NCBI GenBank assembly: GCA_963705725.1
Contig: CAVPKM010000013.1
Span: 160,001 to 224,000, forward strand
From: an uncultured Gammaproteobacteria bacterium
Lineage (GTDB): Bacteria; Pseudomonadota; Gammaproteobacteria; UBA6002
Direction: 5' to 3'
Length of the DNA stretch: 64,000 nt
Part shown: positions 1 to 9,014 of the stretch, in pieces
Layout of the letters: each line of letters begins with the position of its first letter
Position numbering within the stretch: the first letter of the stretch is position 1
Notes under the pieces: model-generated
What the model was told of the DNA's origin: nothing
The model's database searches: none
Seen by the model: the letters and a program-made list of their open reading frames with translations, nothing else
Position numbers and translations under genes: made by a program

Positions 1-1
1 T

Positions 2-2635
2 AGCGATCCTGTTGAAACAAAGGAGTGGTTATCCGCTCTTGATTCCGTCATGCAATTTGAGAGTTCGTCGCGCGCGAAATTTCTTATCGAAAGCTTATAT
101 CATCGAATGAAACAGCGTGATCCAAGTGTTGACCTACAATTAACTACGCCTTATTGCAATACACTACCCATTGAAATGGAAGAGAAGCTCCCGTCAGGTA
201 ATGAGATTGCCGCTCGAATTATTTCTTTTAATCGATGGAATGCCGTTGCCATGGTGGTGCTTGCTGGGAAAGCCGATTCCGAAATTGGTGGGCATATTGC
301 TACCTATGCATCGGCTGCATTACTGTATGAAGTTGGCTTCAACTACTTTTTTAAAGCAAGGAACGAAAATTTTTTAGGGGATTTGCTTTTTATTCAAGGA
401 CACTCCGCGCCTGGAATTTATGCTAGAGCGTTTTTAGAAGGGCGATTGACAGAAGAAAATCTTGCTAACTTTCGACGAGAGGTAAATAGAAAAGGGCTGC
501 CTTCTTATCCACATCCTTGGCTGATGCCAGATTTTTGGCAATTCCCTACTGTTTCAATGGGTCTTGGACCGCTTCAAGGAATTTATCAAGCCAGATTTAT
601 AAAATACTTAGAAAGTCGGGAGCTCTTACCTAAACAAGAAAGAAAAGTTTGGGTTTTTTGTGGGGATGGTGAAATGGACGAGCCCGAGTCGCTCGGTGCC
701 CTCACTGTTGCGGCAAGAGAAAAGCTTGATAATTTAATTTTTGTGATTAATTGCAACTTACAGCGACTTGATGGTCCTGTTAGGGGTAACGGAAAAATTA
801 TACAAGAATTAGAAAGCGTCTTTAAAGGTGCAGGTTGGAATGTAATCAAAGTTATCTGGGGAAGCAGGTGGGATAGTCTACTTGCGAAAGATAAGACCGG
901 ATTATTACAAAAACGAATGAATGAGTGTCTCGATGGCGAATATCAGAACTATAAAGCAAATGATGGGGCTTATGTAAGAAAACATTTTTTTGGCAAATAT
1001 CCTGAATTACTCGAGCTCGTAAAAGATATGACTGATGAGGAAATTTGGCATCTTAATCGAGGTGGTCATGATCCGCAAAAAATTTATGCGGCATATAAAG
1101 AAGCGACGAAACACGCAAAAGGCCCCACAGTGATTCTTGCTAAAACCGTGAAAGGCTACGGGATGGGAGCAGCAGGTGAAGGTATGAATATTACCCATCA
1201 GCAAAAAAAAATGTCAGTTGAAAACTTGAAAACATTTTGTGAGCGTTTTTCACTTCCCATTGATCCAGAAAAAATTGAAGATATTCCTTTTTGCAAACTA
1301 GAAGTAGCAAGTCCAGAATACAAATTTCTTCATGAAAGAAGGAAGGCGCTAGGCGGTTATTTGCCAAAACGTGAGCAGAAATCCCCTCAATTATCCACTC
1401 CAGATTTAGAAACGTTTAATGTGCTACTTAAAAATTCCGGTGATAGAGAAATTTCAACAACCATGGCTTTTGTCAGATTTCTGACTATTTTATTGAGAGA
1501 TAAAGCCGTTGCTAAGTACGTTGTGCCAATCATTCCAGATGAATGCAGAACATTTGGTATGGAAGGACTATTTCGTCAAGTTGGCATTTACTCGCCTGTT
1601 GGCCAGTTATATGATCCCGTCGATCGCGATCAAGTCATGTTTTACAAAGAGGCGAAAGATGGCCAGCTATTAGAAGAAGGACTCACTGAAGGTGGGGCAT
1701 TTTCCTCTTGGATGGCGGCGGCGACTTCCTATAGTACGCATGGCTTACCGATGATTCCATTCTATATTTTTTATTCTATGTTTGGTTTTCAGCGGATCGG
1801 TGATTTAGCTTGGGCTGCAGGAGATATGATGGCGCGTGGCTTTCTTCTGGGAGGAACCGCAGGTAGAACCACGTTAGCAGGAGAAGGTTTGCAGCATACA
1901 GACGGCCATAGCCATATTCTTTTCAGTGTTATCCCTAATTGTATTAGCTACGATCCTACTTTTTCCTATGAGTTGGCAATAATTTTGCAACATGGGATGA
2001 AAATAATGTATCAAGATCAAAAAAATGTTTATTACTACATTACTTTGATGAATGAGAATTATTACCATCCCGATATGCCAGAAGGGGTGGATGAGGGGAT
2101 TATCAAAGGCATGTATCCTTTTAAACAAGCAAAAAATGCGAAGATACAGCTACTTGGTTCTGGAACTATTCTTAGAGAAGTGTTAAAAGCTGCGGAACTG
2201 CTAGAAAAGGATTTTAATATTGAGGCAACAGTTTGGAGTGTAACAAGTTTTACTGAACTTCGAAGGGAAGGTCTAGATGTTGCGCGTCATAACTTATTAG
2301 AAAGCGATAGTAAAAAACATCAAGTTCCCTATGTGACAGAATGTTTGAAAGAGGCGGAAGGTCCAGTGATCGCTGCATCGGATTATATCCGGCTTTTTGC
2401 AGATCAAATCCGAGAGTTTGTCCCACAGAAATATTATGTTTTGGGAACGGATGGATTTGGCAGAAGTGACAGTCGCCAAGCGTTACGTTATTTTTTTGAG
2501 GTCAACGCAAATTTTATTGCTTATACGGCGGTTAAAGCTTTATCAGAAGAAGGGAAATTAGCTGAGAAAGTAGTGCTTGAAGCGATGAAAAAATATGATA
2601 TTGATCCAGAAAAAATCAACCCAATGACCGCTTAA
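2..2635 (+). CDS. aceE: Pyruvate dehydrogenase E1 component (homodimeric AceE); 5' end lies left of the window
   Basis: Frame is open from base 2 (SDPVETKEWLSALDSV, an AceE N-terminal motif). Contains the GDGEMDEPES TPP motif, NCNLQRLDGPV and LGTDGFGRSD. Confidence 0.97.
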   Translation, partial: SDPVETKEWLSALDSVMQFESSSRAKFLIESLYHRMKQRDPSVDLQLTTPYCNTLPIEMEEKLPSGNEIAARIISFNRWNAVAMVVLAGKADSEIGGHIATYASAALLYEVGFNYFFKARNENFLGDLLFIQGHSAPGIYARAFLEGRLTEENLANFRREVNRKGLPSYPHPWLMPDFWQFPTVSMGLGPLQGIYQARFIKYLESRELLPKQERKVWVFCGDGEMDEPESLGALTVAAREKLDNLIFVINCNLQRLDGPVRGNGKIIQELESVFKGAGWNVIKVIWGSRWDSLLAKDKTGLLQKRMNECLDGEYQNYKANDGAYVRKHFFGKYPELLELVKDMTDEEIWHLNRGGHDPQKIYAAYKEATKHAKGPTVILAKTVKGYGMGAAGEGMNITHQQKKMSVENLKTFCERFSLPIDPEKIEDIPFCKLEVASPEYKFLHERRKALGGYLPKREQKSPQLSTPDLETFNVLLKNSGDREISTTMAFVRFLTILLRDKAVAKYVVPIIPDECRTFGMEGLFRQVGIYSPVGQLYDPVDRDQVMFYKEAKDGQLLEEGLTEGGAFSSWMAAATSYSTHGLPMIPFYIFYSMFGFQRIGDLAWAAGDMMARGFLLGGTAGRTTLAGEGLQHTDGHSHILFSVIPNCISYDPTFSYELAIILQHGMKIMYQDQKNVYYYITLMNENYYHPDMPEGVDEGIIKGMYPFKQAKNAKIQLLGSGTILREVLKAAELLEKDFNIEATVWSVTSFTELRREGLDVARHNLLESDSKKHQVPYVTECLKEAEGPVIAASDYIRLFADQIREFVPQKYYVLGTDGFGRSDSRQALRYFFEVNANFIAYTAVKALSEEGKLAEKVVLEAMKKYDIDPEKINPMTA

Positions 2636-2644
2636 GGGTAGCCA

Positions 2645-3019
2645 ATGAAATTTCAGATGGTCATCTTGCTGCTCATTGCCTTATTGAGTAGTTTTTCAGT
2701 TTGCGCAAATGGCTTGCATGTGCAGGTAAGAGATAAGATGATGGATATCACCAAGAATGATGTAGAGGAATTGCAAATTTTTCAGAGCGGGAAGGGCGTG
2801 GCAGCGGCACTTTTGAGGCTTAGACCTGAAGCCGCAGAACGCCTTCAGAGACTGACAGAAAAAAATATAGGTCAACAGGTTTTATGGATATGGAAGGGTA
2901 GGGTGCTTTGTGCTCAAAAATTGCGTGCTCCGTTGGGGGAGGATATTGCAGTGCATAATTTTACCACCTTCGAAGCGGAAGACTTTGAAAAAAGTACTGG
3001 ATATTCAATTAATTACTAA
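2645..3019 (+). CDS. Secreted protein resembling a stand-alone SecDF P1 head subdomain
   Basis: Signal peptide (..SFSVCA). LRLRPEAAERLQRLTEKNIGQQVLWIWKGRVL..FTTFEAEDF resembles the SecD head pattern (F..lT..nvG..laivlDg.v...P.....ft.eeA). Confidence 0.55.
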   Translation: MKFQMVILLLIALLSSFSVCANGLHVQVRDKMMDITKNDVEELQIFQSGKGVAAALLRLRPEAAERLQRLTEKNIGQQVLWIWKGRVLCAQKLRAPLGEDIAVHNFTTFEAEDFEKSTGYSINY

Positions 3020-3072
3020 TCATTTTCGCGATTCTTGCCGAAAATGCTGATTTATAATTAGGGAGAAAAATT

Positions 3073-4389
3073 TTGGCAATAAAAGAAGTTCGAGTACCAA
3101 ATATTGGAGATGCGAAGGACGTAGAGGTGATCGAAATATTAGTATCGCCAGGTCAAAAAATAAATAAAGAAGATTCATTAATCACCCTAGAAAGCGCTAA
3201 AGCCAGCATGGAAATTCCTTCTCCTGAAGATGGAATAGTGAAAGAAGTAAAAGTTAGTCTAAACGATAAGATATCGGAAGGGTCATTAATTTTATTATTA
3301 GAAACTGAAGGGAAAGAAGAATCACCAAAGAAAGAACAAGATAAACAAGCAGAGAAGCCAACAGTAGAAGATGAGGCTAGCCCATCTCCCACCCCTACTA
3401 GTTCAAATGAAGCCATAAAGACAAAGCAAGCTGAGACTTCCCCAGATAAAGAATCCACATCGGAAAAAATCTCCCAGACTAATCAGTCTGTACACGCAGG
3501 GCCAGGAGTGAGGCAGATGGCGCGAGAATTTGGAATTAACTTAAATCATGTGGTGGGTTCTGGGATTAAAAATCGAATTCTTAAAGAAGATTTACAGCAA
3601 TATGTAAAATCTATTATGCAGAAGGAAGCCACATCAGTACCCGCTATTAACTTTGGTTCGCCAAAAGCTCCGGAAATTGATTACTCAAAATATGGCGAGG
3701 TAACGACCCAGCCATTATCTAAAATTAAGCGATTGACAGGAATCCATGTACATCGTAGCTGGGTGACGATTCCCCATGTTACCCAATTTGATCAAGCTGA
3801 TATTACTGAAATGGAAGCATTTAGAAAAAATCAGAAAGCTTCAATCGAAAAACAGGGTATAAAGTTGACTCCGCTAGTGTTCATTATGAAGGCGGTTGTG
3901 GCCGCATTGAAAGCCTTCCCGCATTTTAATGCTTCATTAGATGCGAGTGAAGAAAATATTATTATCAAAAAATATTATAACTTAGGAATTGCTGTTGATA
4001 CCCCGAATGGTTTAGTGGTACCGGTTGTCAAAAATGTAGATCAAAAAGGAATGATTTCACTCGCGAAAGAATTAGGGGAAATCAGTCAAAAGGCAAGACA
4101 AAAAGGACTTTCCCCTGCTGATATGGCGGGAAGCTGCTTTACGATATCAAGCCTTGGTGGAATAGGTGGCACTGCTTTTACCCCTATTATTAACGCACCT
4201 GATGTTGCGATTCTGGGTGTGTCGAAAGCAGAAATGAAACCGGTATTTAATAAAGACCAATTTCTGCCAAGATTAATGTTACCGCTTTCGCTTTCTTATG
4301 ATCACCGCGTCATTGATGGCGCAGATGGTGCAAGATTTCTTGTTTATTTAGCAAATTGTCTTACTGATATACGCACTTTATTACTCTAA
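3073..4389 (+). CDS. aceF: Dihydrolipoamide acetyltransferase E2, single lipoyl domain
   Basis: TTG start after GGGAG. Lipoyl motif LESAKASMEI, E3-binding domain HAGPGVRQMARE, catalytic DHRVIDG. Confidence 0.96.
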   Translation: MAIKEVRVPNIGDAKDVEVIEILVSPGQKINKEDSLITLESAKASMEIPSPEDGIVKEVKVSLNDKISEGSLILLLETEGKEESPKKEQDKQAEKPTVEDEASPSPTPTSSNEAIKTKQAETSPDKESTSEKISQTNQSVHAGPGVRQMAREFGINLNHVVGSGIKNRILKEDLQQYVKSIMQKEATSVPAINFGSPKAPEIDYSKYGEVTTQPLSKIKRLTGIHVHRSWVTIPHVTQFDQADITEMEAFRKNQKASIEKQGIKLTPLVFIMKAVVAALKAFPHFNASLDASEENIIIKKYYNLGIAVDTPNGLVVPVVKNVDQKGMISLAKELGEISQKARQKGLSPADMAGSCFTISSLGGIGGTAFTPIINAPDVAILGVSKAEMKPVFNKDQFLPRLMLPLSLSYDHRVIDGADGARFLVYLANCLTDIRTLLL

Positions 4390-4401
4390 GAGGAATGATT
4401 C

Positions 4402-5841
4402 ATGTCTCAAATAAAAACAGAAGTTGTTGTAATTGGTGGAGGCCCAGGTGGTTATTCAGCTGCATTTCGTGCGGCAGACCTAGGTCTCAAAGTAGTACTA
4501 ATAGAAAAATTTAGCACATTAGGCGGAACTTGTTTAAACGTCGGTTGCATTCCTTCTAAAGCCTTATTGCATCTTGCAAAAGTTATGGAGGAGGCAAAAG
4601 AGGTTGCAGAACTCGGTATTGAATTTCAAACACCAAAAATAGATATTGAAAAAATTAATCAATGGAAAGATAAAAATGTCGTTGGCCGTTTAACCGGTGG
4701 GCTAGCAACCTTAGCAAAACAGCGTCAGGTAAAGGTGGTGCAGGGTATCGCTAAGTTTACTTCCTCCCATGAAATTGAAGTTGAAGGCCCGGAAAGGATG
4801 GTGATCAATTTTGATTATGCTATCGTTGCTGTGGGTTCAAGGCCAGTTAAATTACCCTTTGTCCCTGATGATTCGCGCATTATGGATTCGACCGATGCCC
4901 TAAAGTTAGAACAGGTAGAAGATCGCCACATGCTTGTTATTGGAGGGGGTATTATTGGTCTTGAAATGGCTACAGTTTATAAAGCATTAGGCAGCAAAAT
5001 TACCATTGTAGAGTTAATGGATCAATTGATACCGGGAGCCGATCGCGATCTGGTTACCCCATTACATAAATTTGTCAGTAAAAAATATGAAAATATTTTT
5101 TTAGAAACCAAGGTTACCAAGGTAGAGGCAAAGAAAACGGGTCTAGCCGTCACCTTTGAAGGAAAACAGGCGCCGAGTGAAGTACAACAATTTGATACTA
5201 TTTTAGTGGCAGTAGGTCGAAGACCGAATGGAGATTTAGTTGAGGTAGAAAAAGCAGGCTTAAAAATTAATGAACGTGGTTTCATTGGGGTTGATAAACA
5301 AATGCGAACGAATATTTCTCATATCTTCGCGATAGGAGATGTAGTCGGGAATCCAATGCTCGCTCATAAAGCAACCCACGAAGGTCGCACTGCTGCTGAA
5401 ATCATCGCGGGTGAGATGCAGGATAGGGCTAATAAAAAACACACCTTTGAACCAAATTGTATTCCTTCTGTTGCTTACACAGATCCAGAAATTGCTTGGG
5501 TAGGGCTCACTGAAAATGAAGCAAAAAAACAAAATATTTCTTATGGCAAGGGAGTATTTCCTTGGGTAGCAAGTGGTAGGGCGCTAAGTTTGGCACGTAC
5601 AGAAGGACTGACCAAATTAATTTTTGATCAAAAAACTAATCGTATTCTCGGAGCAGGAATAGTCGGTCCTAATGCTGGGGAGTTAATCAGTGAACTAGCG
5701 CTTGCAATTGAAATGGGTTGTGATGCAGAAGATATTGCATTAACTATTCATCCTCATCCTACATTATCGGAATCAGTCATGCTCGCAACAGAAATATTCG
5801 AAGGCACGATTACCGATCTGTATCTACCCAAAAAAAAATAA
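4402..5841 (+). CDS. lpdA: Dihydrolipoamide dehydrogenase E3
   Basis: GGGPGG, GGTCLNVGCIPSK redox motif, HPHPTLSE. Confidence 0.97.
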   Translation: MSQIKTEVVVIGGGPGGYSAAFRAADLGLKVVLIEKFSTLGGTCLNVGCIPSKALLHLAKVMEEAKEVAELGIEFQTPKIDIEKINQWKDKNVVGRLTGGLATLAKQRQVKVVQGIAKFTSSHEIEVEGPERMVINFDYAIVAVGSRPVKLPFVPDDSRIMDSTDALKLEQVEDRHMLVIGGGIIGLEMATVYKALGSKITIVELMDQLIPGADRDLVTPLHKFVSKKYENIFLETKVTKVEAKKTGLAVTFEGKQAPSEVQQFDTILVAVGRRPNGDLVEVEKAGLKINERGFIGVDKQMRTNISHIFAIGDVVGNPMLAHKATHEGRTAAEIIAGEMQDRANKKHTFEPNCIPSVAYTDPEIAWVGLTENEAKKQNISYGKGVFPWVASGRALSLARTEGLTKLIFDQKTNRILGAGIVGPNAGELISELALAIEMGCDAEDIALTIHPHPTLSESVMLATEIFEGTITDLYLPKKK

Positions 5842-5877
5842 AATCGCAACTGCTCACGGGGTAAGCGTCCATTCAAC

Positions 5878-5898
5878 GCGTCAGTTTTGAACTGACGC
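5878..5898. terminator. Hairpin between convergent lpdA and comF
   Basis: gcgtcagtt-ttg-aactgacgc, a perfect 9-bp stem. Confidence 0.55.
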
Positions 5899-6599
5899 TA
5901 AGCTTTTGCAAGACACCAATTATCAATTGTTTTCACGCCTGCCCTTTTTAGTGTGCGCGCGATTTCTTTGAGGGTGCTGTAAGTTGTCACGACATCATCA
6001 ATAATTGCAACGTGGTCGTAATGGTGTTTGTTGTTAAAATAAAATGCTTGTTTGACATTGGTTTGCCGTTGCTCAATGGAAATTAATGTTTGTGGCGAAG
6101 TGTGGCGAGAACGCGATAAACTCTTATAGTCGATTGGCACTTTAAGATATTTTGAAATGGGCCTTGCAATTTCCATCGCTTGGTTATAGCCGCGATGCCG
6201 GATTCTTTGTTTTGATAGTGGCACTGGCATAATAATGCTGGGAAGATTTCTGTCTAGCGCTTGATAAACTTCTTTTATTCTGTCTGCAAGCAAAATACCA
6301 AGACTCGATCCGATATCTATTTGCCGATTGAACTTAAGCTTTGTGATTAAGGAAGGAATAGGAAACTGGTACTGACAAAGCGCAATGGTGAGCTCAAAGG
6401 GAGGGGGATGGATTAAGCATTCGCCACAATAATACAGTTTGACTTGGGAATTGAGTTTTGCGCCGCAATTATAGCAATACGTTCGAAGTAAGGGTAAATC
6501 GTTCAGACAACCATCGCAAAGTTTTTTCGAAGCAAGACCGCAAACAATGCACCGCGTAGGCAGTAACCAGTTAATCAGGTGATTGATCTTATTTCGCAT
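5898..6599 (-). CDS. comF: ComF family amidophosphoribosyltransferase-like protein
   Basis: Four CxxC zinc-ribbon motifs, RGYNQA, IIDDVVTT PRPP loop; divergent from bioH as is usual. Confidence 0.9.
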   Translation of the reverse strand: MRNKINHLINWLLPTRCIVCGLASKKLCDGCLNDLPLLRTYCYNCGAKLNSQVKLYYCGECLIHPPPFELTIALCQYQFPIPSLITKLKFNRQIDIGSSLGILLADRIKEVYQALDRNLPSIIMPVPLSKQRIRHRGYNQAMEIARPISKYLKVPIDYKSLSRSRHTSPQTLISIEQRQTNVKQAFYFNNKHHYDHVAIIDDVVTTYSTLKEIARTLKRAGVKTIDNWCLAKA

Positions 6600-6675
6600 A
6601 GGGGTTAACGCTTTTTCGCTTTTTTTAAATAGATAAACAAAAATTTGTTACAAAATAAATACGGTATCCTTCCCT

Positions 6676-7445
6676 ATGTATGAAAATAAGGTATTTCATG
6701 AAACAATTGGAAAGGGCCCTGAGATTGTTTTATTGCATGGGTGGGGCCTGCATGGCGGCATTTGGCAGTTCATCGCTACGGAATTAGCAAAGGAATTTAG
6801 TGTCACGATTATTGATTTGCCGGGATATGGTCGAAGTGAATGGATTACTGATTATACACTTGAAAAAATGGTGAAATTATTATCGGATATTGCGCCAAAG
6901 CAAGCTATTTGGATAGGCTGGTCCTTAGGTGGGTTAATCGCAACAAAATATGCACAGCTTTATAAAGATCGAGTCAAAAAATTAATTTGTGTTGCAAGTT
7001 CTCCTAAATTTTTAGAAGAAACCAATTGGCCAGGAATGAAAAAAGCGGTGCTTGAGAAATTCAATCAGCAACTTGAAGTGGACTATGAAGAAACATTAAA
7101 ACGTTTTCTATTGTTACAATTCTACAAAGTGTCGTTAGATAAAGAAAAAATTTGCTGGCTGAATTTAACCCTGTTTCTTATGGTAGACCCAATTTACCTG
7201 CATTACACGCAGGACTTTCCTTATTAGAAGGTCTAGATTTGAGAGAAGAAACAAAATCTTTAACTTGCTCTATTCTGTATATTTTTGGAAAGTTAGATAC
7301 CTTAGTTCCAGCCAGGGTAGCTGAAAAGTTGCAACAATTTAGTCCTCATATTAAAACAGTGATCATTCCAAGCGCGAGTCATGCTGTATTTCTATCTCAT
7401 CAAAATGAATTTTTAACAGAAGTTAGGCGTTTTGCTTATGAATAA
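6676..7445 (+). pseudogene. bioH: Pimeloyl-ACP methyl ester esterase, frameshifted near 7150-7180
   Basis: LLHGWG, GWSLGG nucleophile and SSPKF in the first frame. The C-terminal half (DLRE..GKLDTLVP..ASHAVFLSH) is in another frame. Confidence 0.85.
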
Positions 7446-8305
7446 TCTTGATATGCCACTATTTATAAAAAAAGAAATTAGACAGAGTTTTAATCACGCA
7501 GCAAAAACTTACGATGAAGCGGCATTTTTTCAACGAGAAGTGGCCGATCGTTTAATGGATCGGTTACATTCAATTCATTTGCAGCCTCATACGATATTAG
7601 ATCTGGGTGCTGGGACGGGTTATTCTGCGCGAAATTTAGAAATGTATTATAAGAAAGCAACCATTATTGCTTTTGATCTGGCTGAAAACATGTTATTACA
7701 AAGCGCGGCACAGAAGCGTTGGTTTGATCGAAAACGATATGTTTGTGGCGATGCAGAGAAATTACCGTTTCAAAATCATTCTTTTGACTTAATCTTTTCT
7801 AACTTAGTATTGCATTGGGTAGTGGATATTGATTCGACTATTAAAGAACTTCGTCGAATTTTAAAACCTGGTGGTATTATTATTATTTTCAACATTGGGA
7901 CCAGATACCTTGTTGGAGCTGCGAGAAAGTTGGTCAAGAGTGGATAATAAAAAGCACGTTCATTCCTTTATTGACATGCATCATTTAGGCGATTGCCTGC
8001 AGCGGGCAGATTTCCACGATCCCGTTATGGATATGGAATTTATTACGATTACCTACAATGATATTAAAAAAATTCTATTCGATCTCAAAGATTTGGGAAC
8101 ACACAATATCGATCAACATCGTTCAAAAGGCCTGACAGGAAAGAATAAATTTAAGCAATTTATCCATGCCTACGAACAATATCGCAATGCGGAAGGCTTT
8201 ATTCCTGTTACCTATGAAGTAGTCTATGGCATAGGGTGGGGAAAAGAAATGGCGCCATTAAAAGAGGTTCATATTCCAATTGAAGCAATTAAGAGAAACT
8301 TCTAA
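7438..8305 (+). pseudogene. bioC: Malonyl-ACP O-methyltransferase, +1 frameshift near 7875
   Basis: SFNHAAKTYDEAA, ILDLGAGTG, LKPGG, then LLFSTLGPDTLLELRESW..HVHSFIDMHHLGD in another frame. Confidence 0.85.
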
Positions 8306-8308
8306 TTT

Positions 8309-8340
8309 CTAAAGAGGCTCTTGTACAAGAGCCTCTTTAG
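8309..8340. terminator. Perfect 32-bp palindrome, bidirectional terminator
   Basis: ctaaagaggctcttgt|acaagagcctctttag between convergent bioC and the lipoprotein gene. Confidence 0.75.
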
Positions 8341-8345
8341 TATTA

Positions 8346-8768
8346 TTAGCGATGCTTGTAGCAAGGTTCCATTAATACGGTAATGTGGGAAGGATATTTT
8401 TGCATTGCGCCCGATAGAGCATCAACAAAAACGCCAGGCCAAAATAAAATCACATTGGCAATCGTCCAAGCGTTAAAACTTTGTCCTACGCCGACTTCCT
8501 TTTGTCGGTATCCAGATCGATTACATTTAGCAGTGAGTGCGCCTTGACCTTTATTAACAATCACCATGCCGGGATTTGAATTATAAACATAAGTTCGACC
8601 GTTGCTGTCAGTTAATGTGCACATTGCGCCGGGAATAATTTCATGAGTTTTACTATCAATTGCTTGTAAATGAATCGGCTGCGTAGTGCCAGAAACCACT
8701 GTCGCACAACCGGTAATCAGGCAAGAAAAAATTGTAATAGCTACTATTCCTTTTAATATTTTTATCAT
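8346..8768 (-). CDS. Lipoprotein of unknown function
   Basis: Lipobox LITG-C followed by ATVVSGTTQ; C-terminal hydrophobic ANVILFWPGVFVDALSGAM..YP segment. Confidence 0.8.
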   Translation of the reverse strand: MIKILKGIVAITIFSCLITGCATVVSGTTQPIHLQAIDSKTHEIIPGAMCTLTDSNGRTYVYNSNPGMVIVNKGQGALTAKCNRSGYRQKEVGVGQSFNAWTIANVILFWPGVFVDALSGAMQKYPSHITVLMEPCYKHR

Positions 8769-8810
8769 AGAACCCTCATATTGTAGTTATATATTAAGTA
8801 GGTCCAGGTA

Positions 8811-8843
8811 AATGTACTGCGCGAAGCTTAAAAAAATCTTAAG
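8811..8843 (-). promoter_or_regulatory. PmrA-like box plus -10 for the lipoprotein gene
   Basis: Minus strand reads cTTAAgaTTtttTTAAgcTT-N7-TACATT. Confidence 0.65.
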
Positions 8844-8946
8844 GAAAACTTTTTTAATTTTTATATTTTTTTTATCACTTTTTCCCCTCTGTAACTGAAA
8901 AAACCCTGTTATACACAAAGATGAGTTTTTACTATAAATAGTGCAT

Positions 8947-8979
8947 TTTAAGGCTAATTTAATATAAGTTTGTTAGTGT
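8947..8979 (+). promoter_or_regulatory. PmrA-like box plus -10 for the ankyrin-CaaX gene
   Basis: tTTAAggcTaatTTAAtaTa-N7-TAGTGT. Confidence 0.55.
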
Positions 8980-9014
8980 ACAACCTAATGAATTTTTTAA
9001 GAGGGTTAGATCAG

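Noticed and set aside
5861-5877. gtaagcgtcc resembling an IS66 terminus after lpdA
   Set aside because: Too short, with no partner end or TSD.
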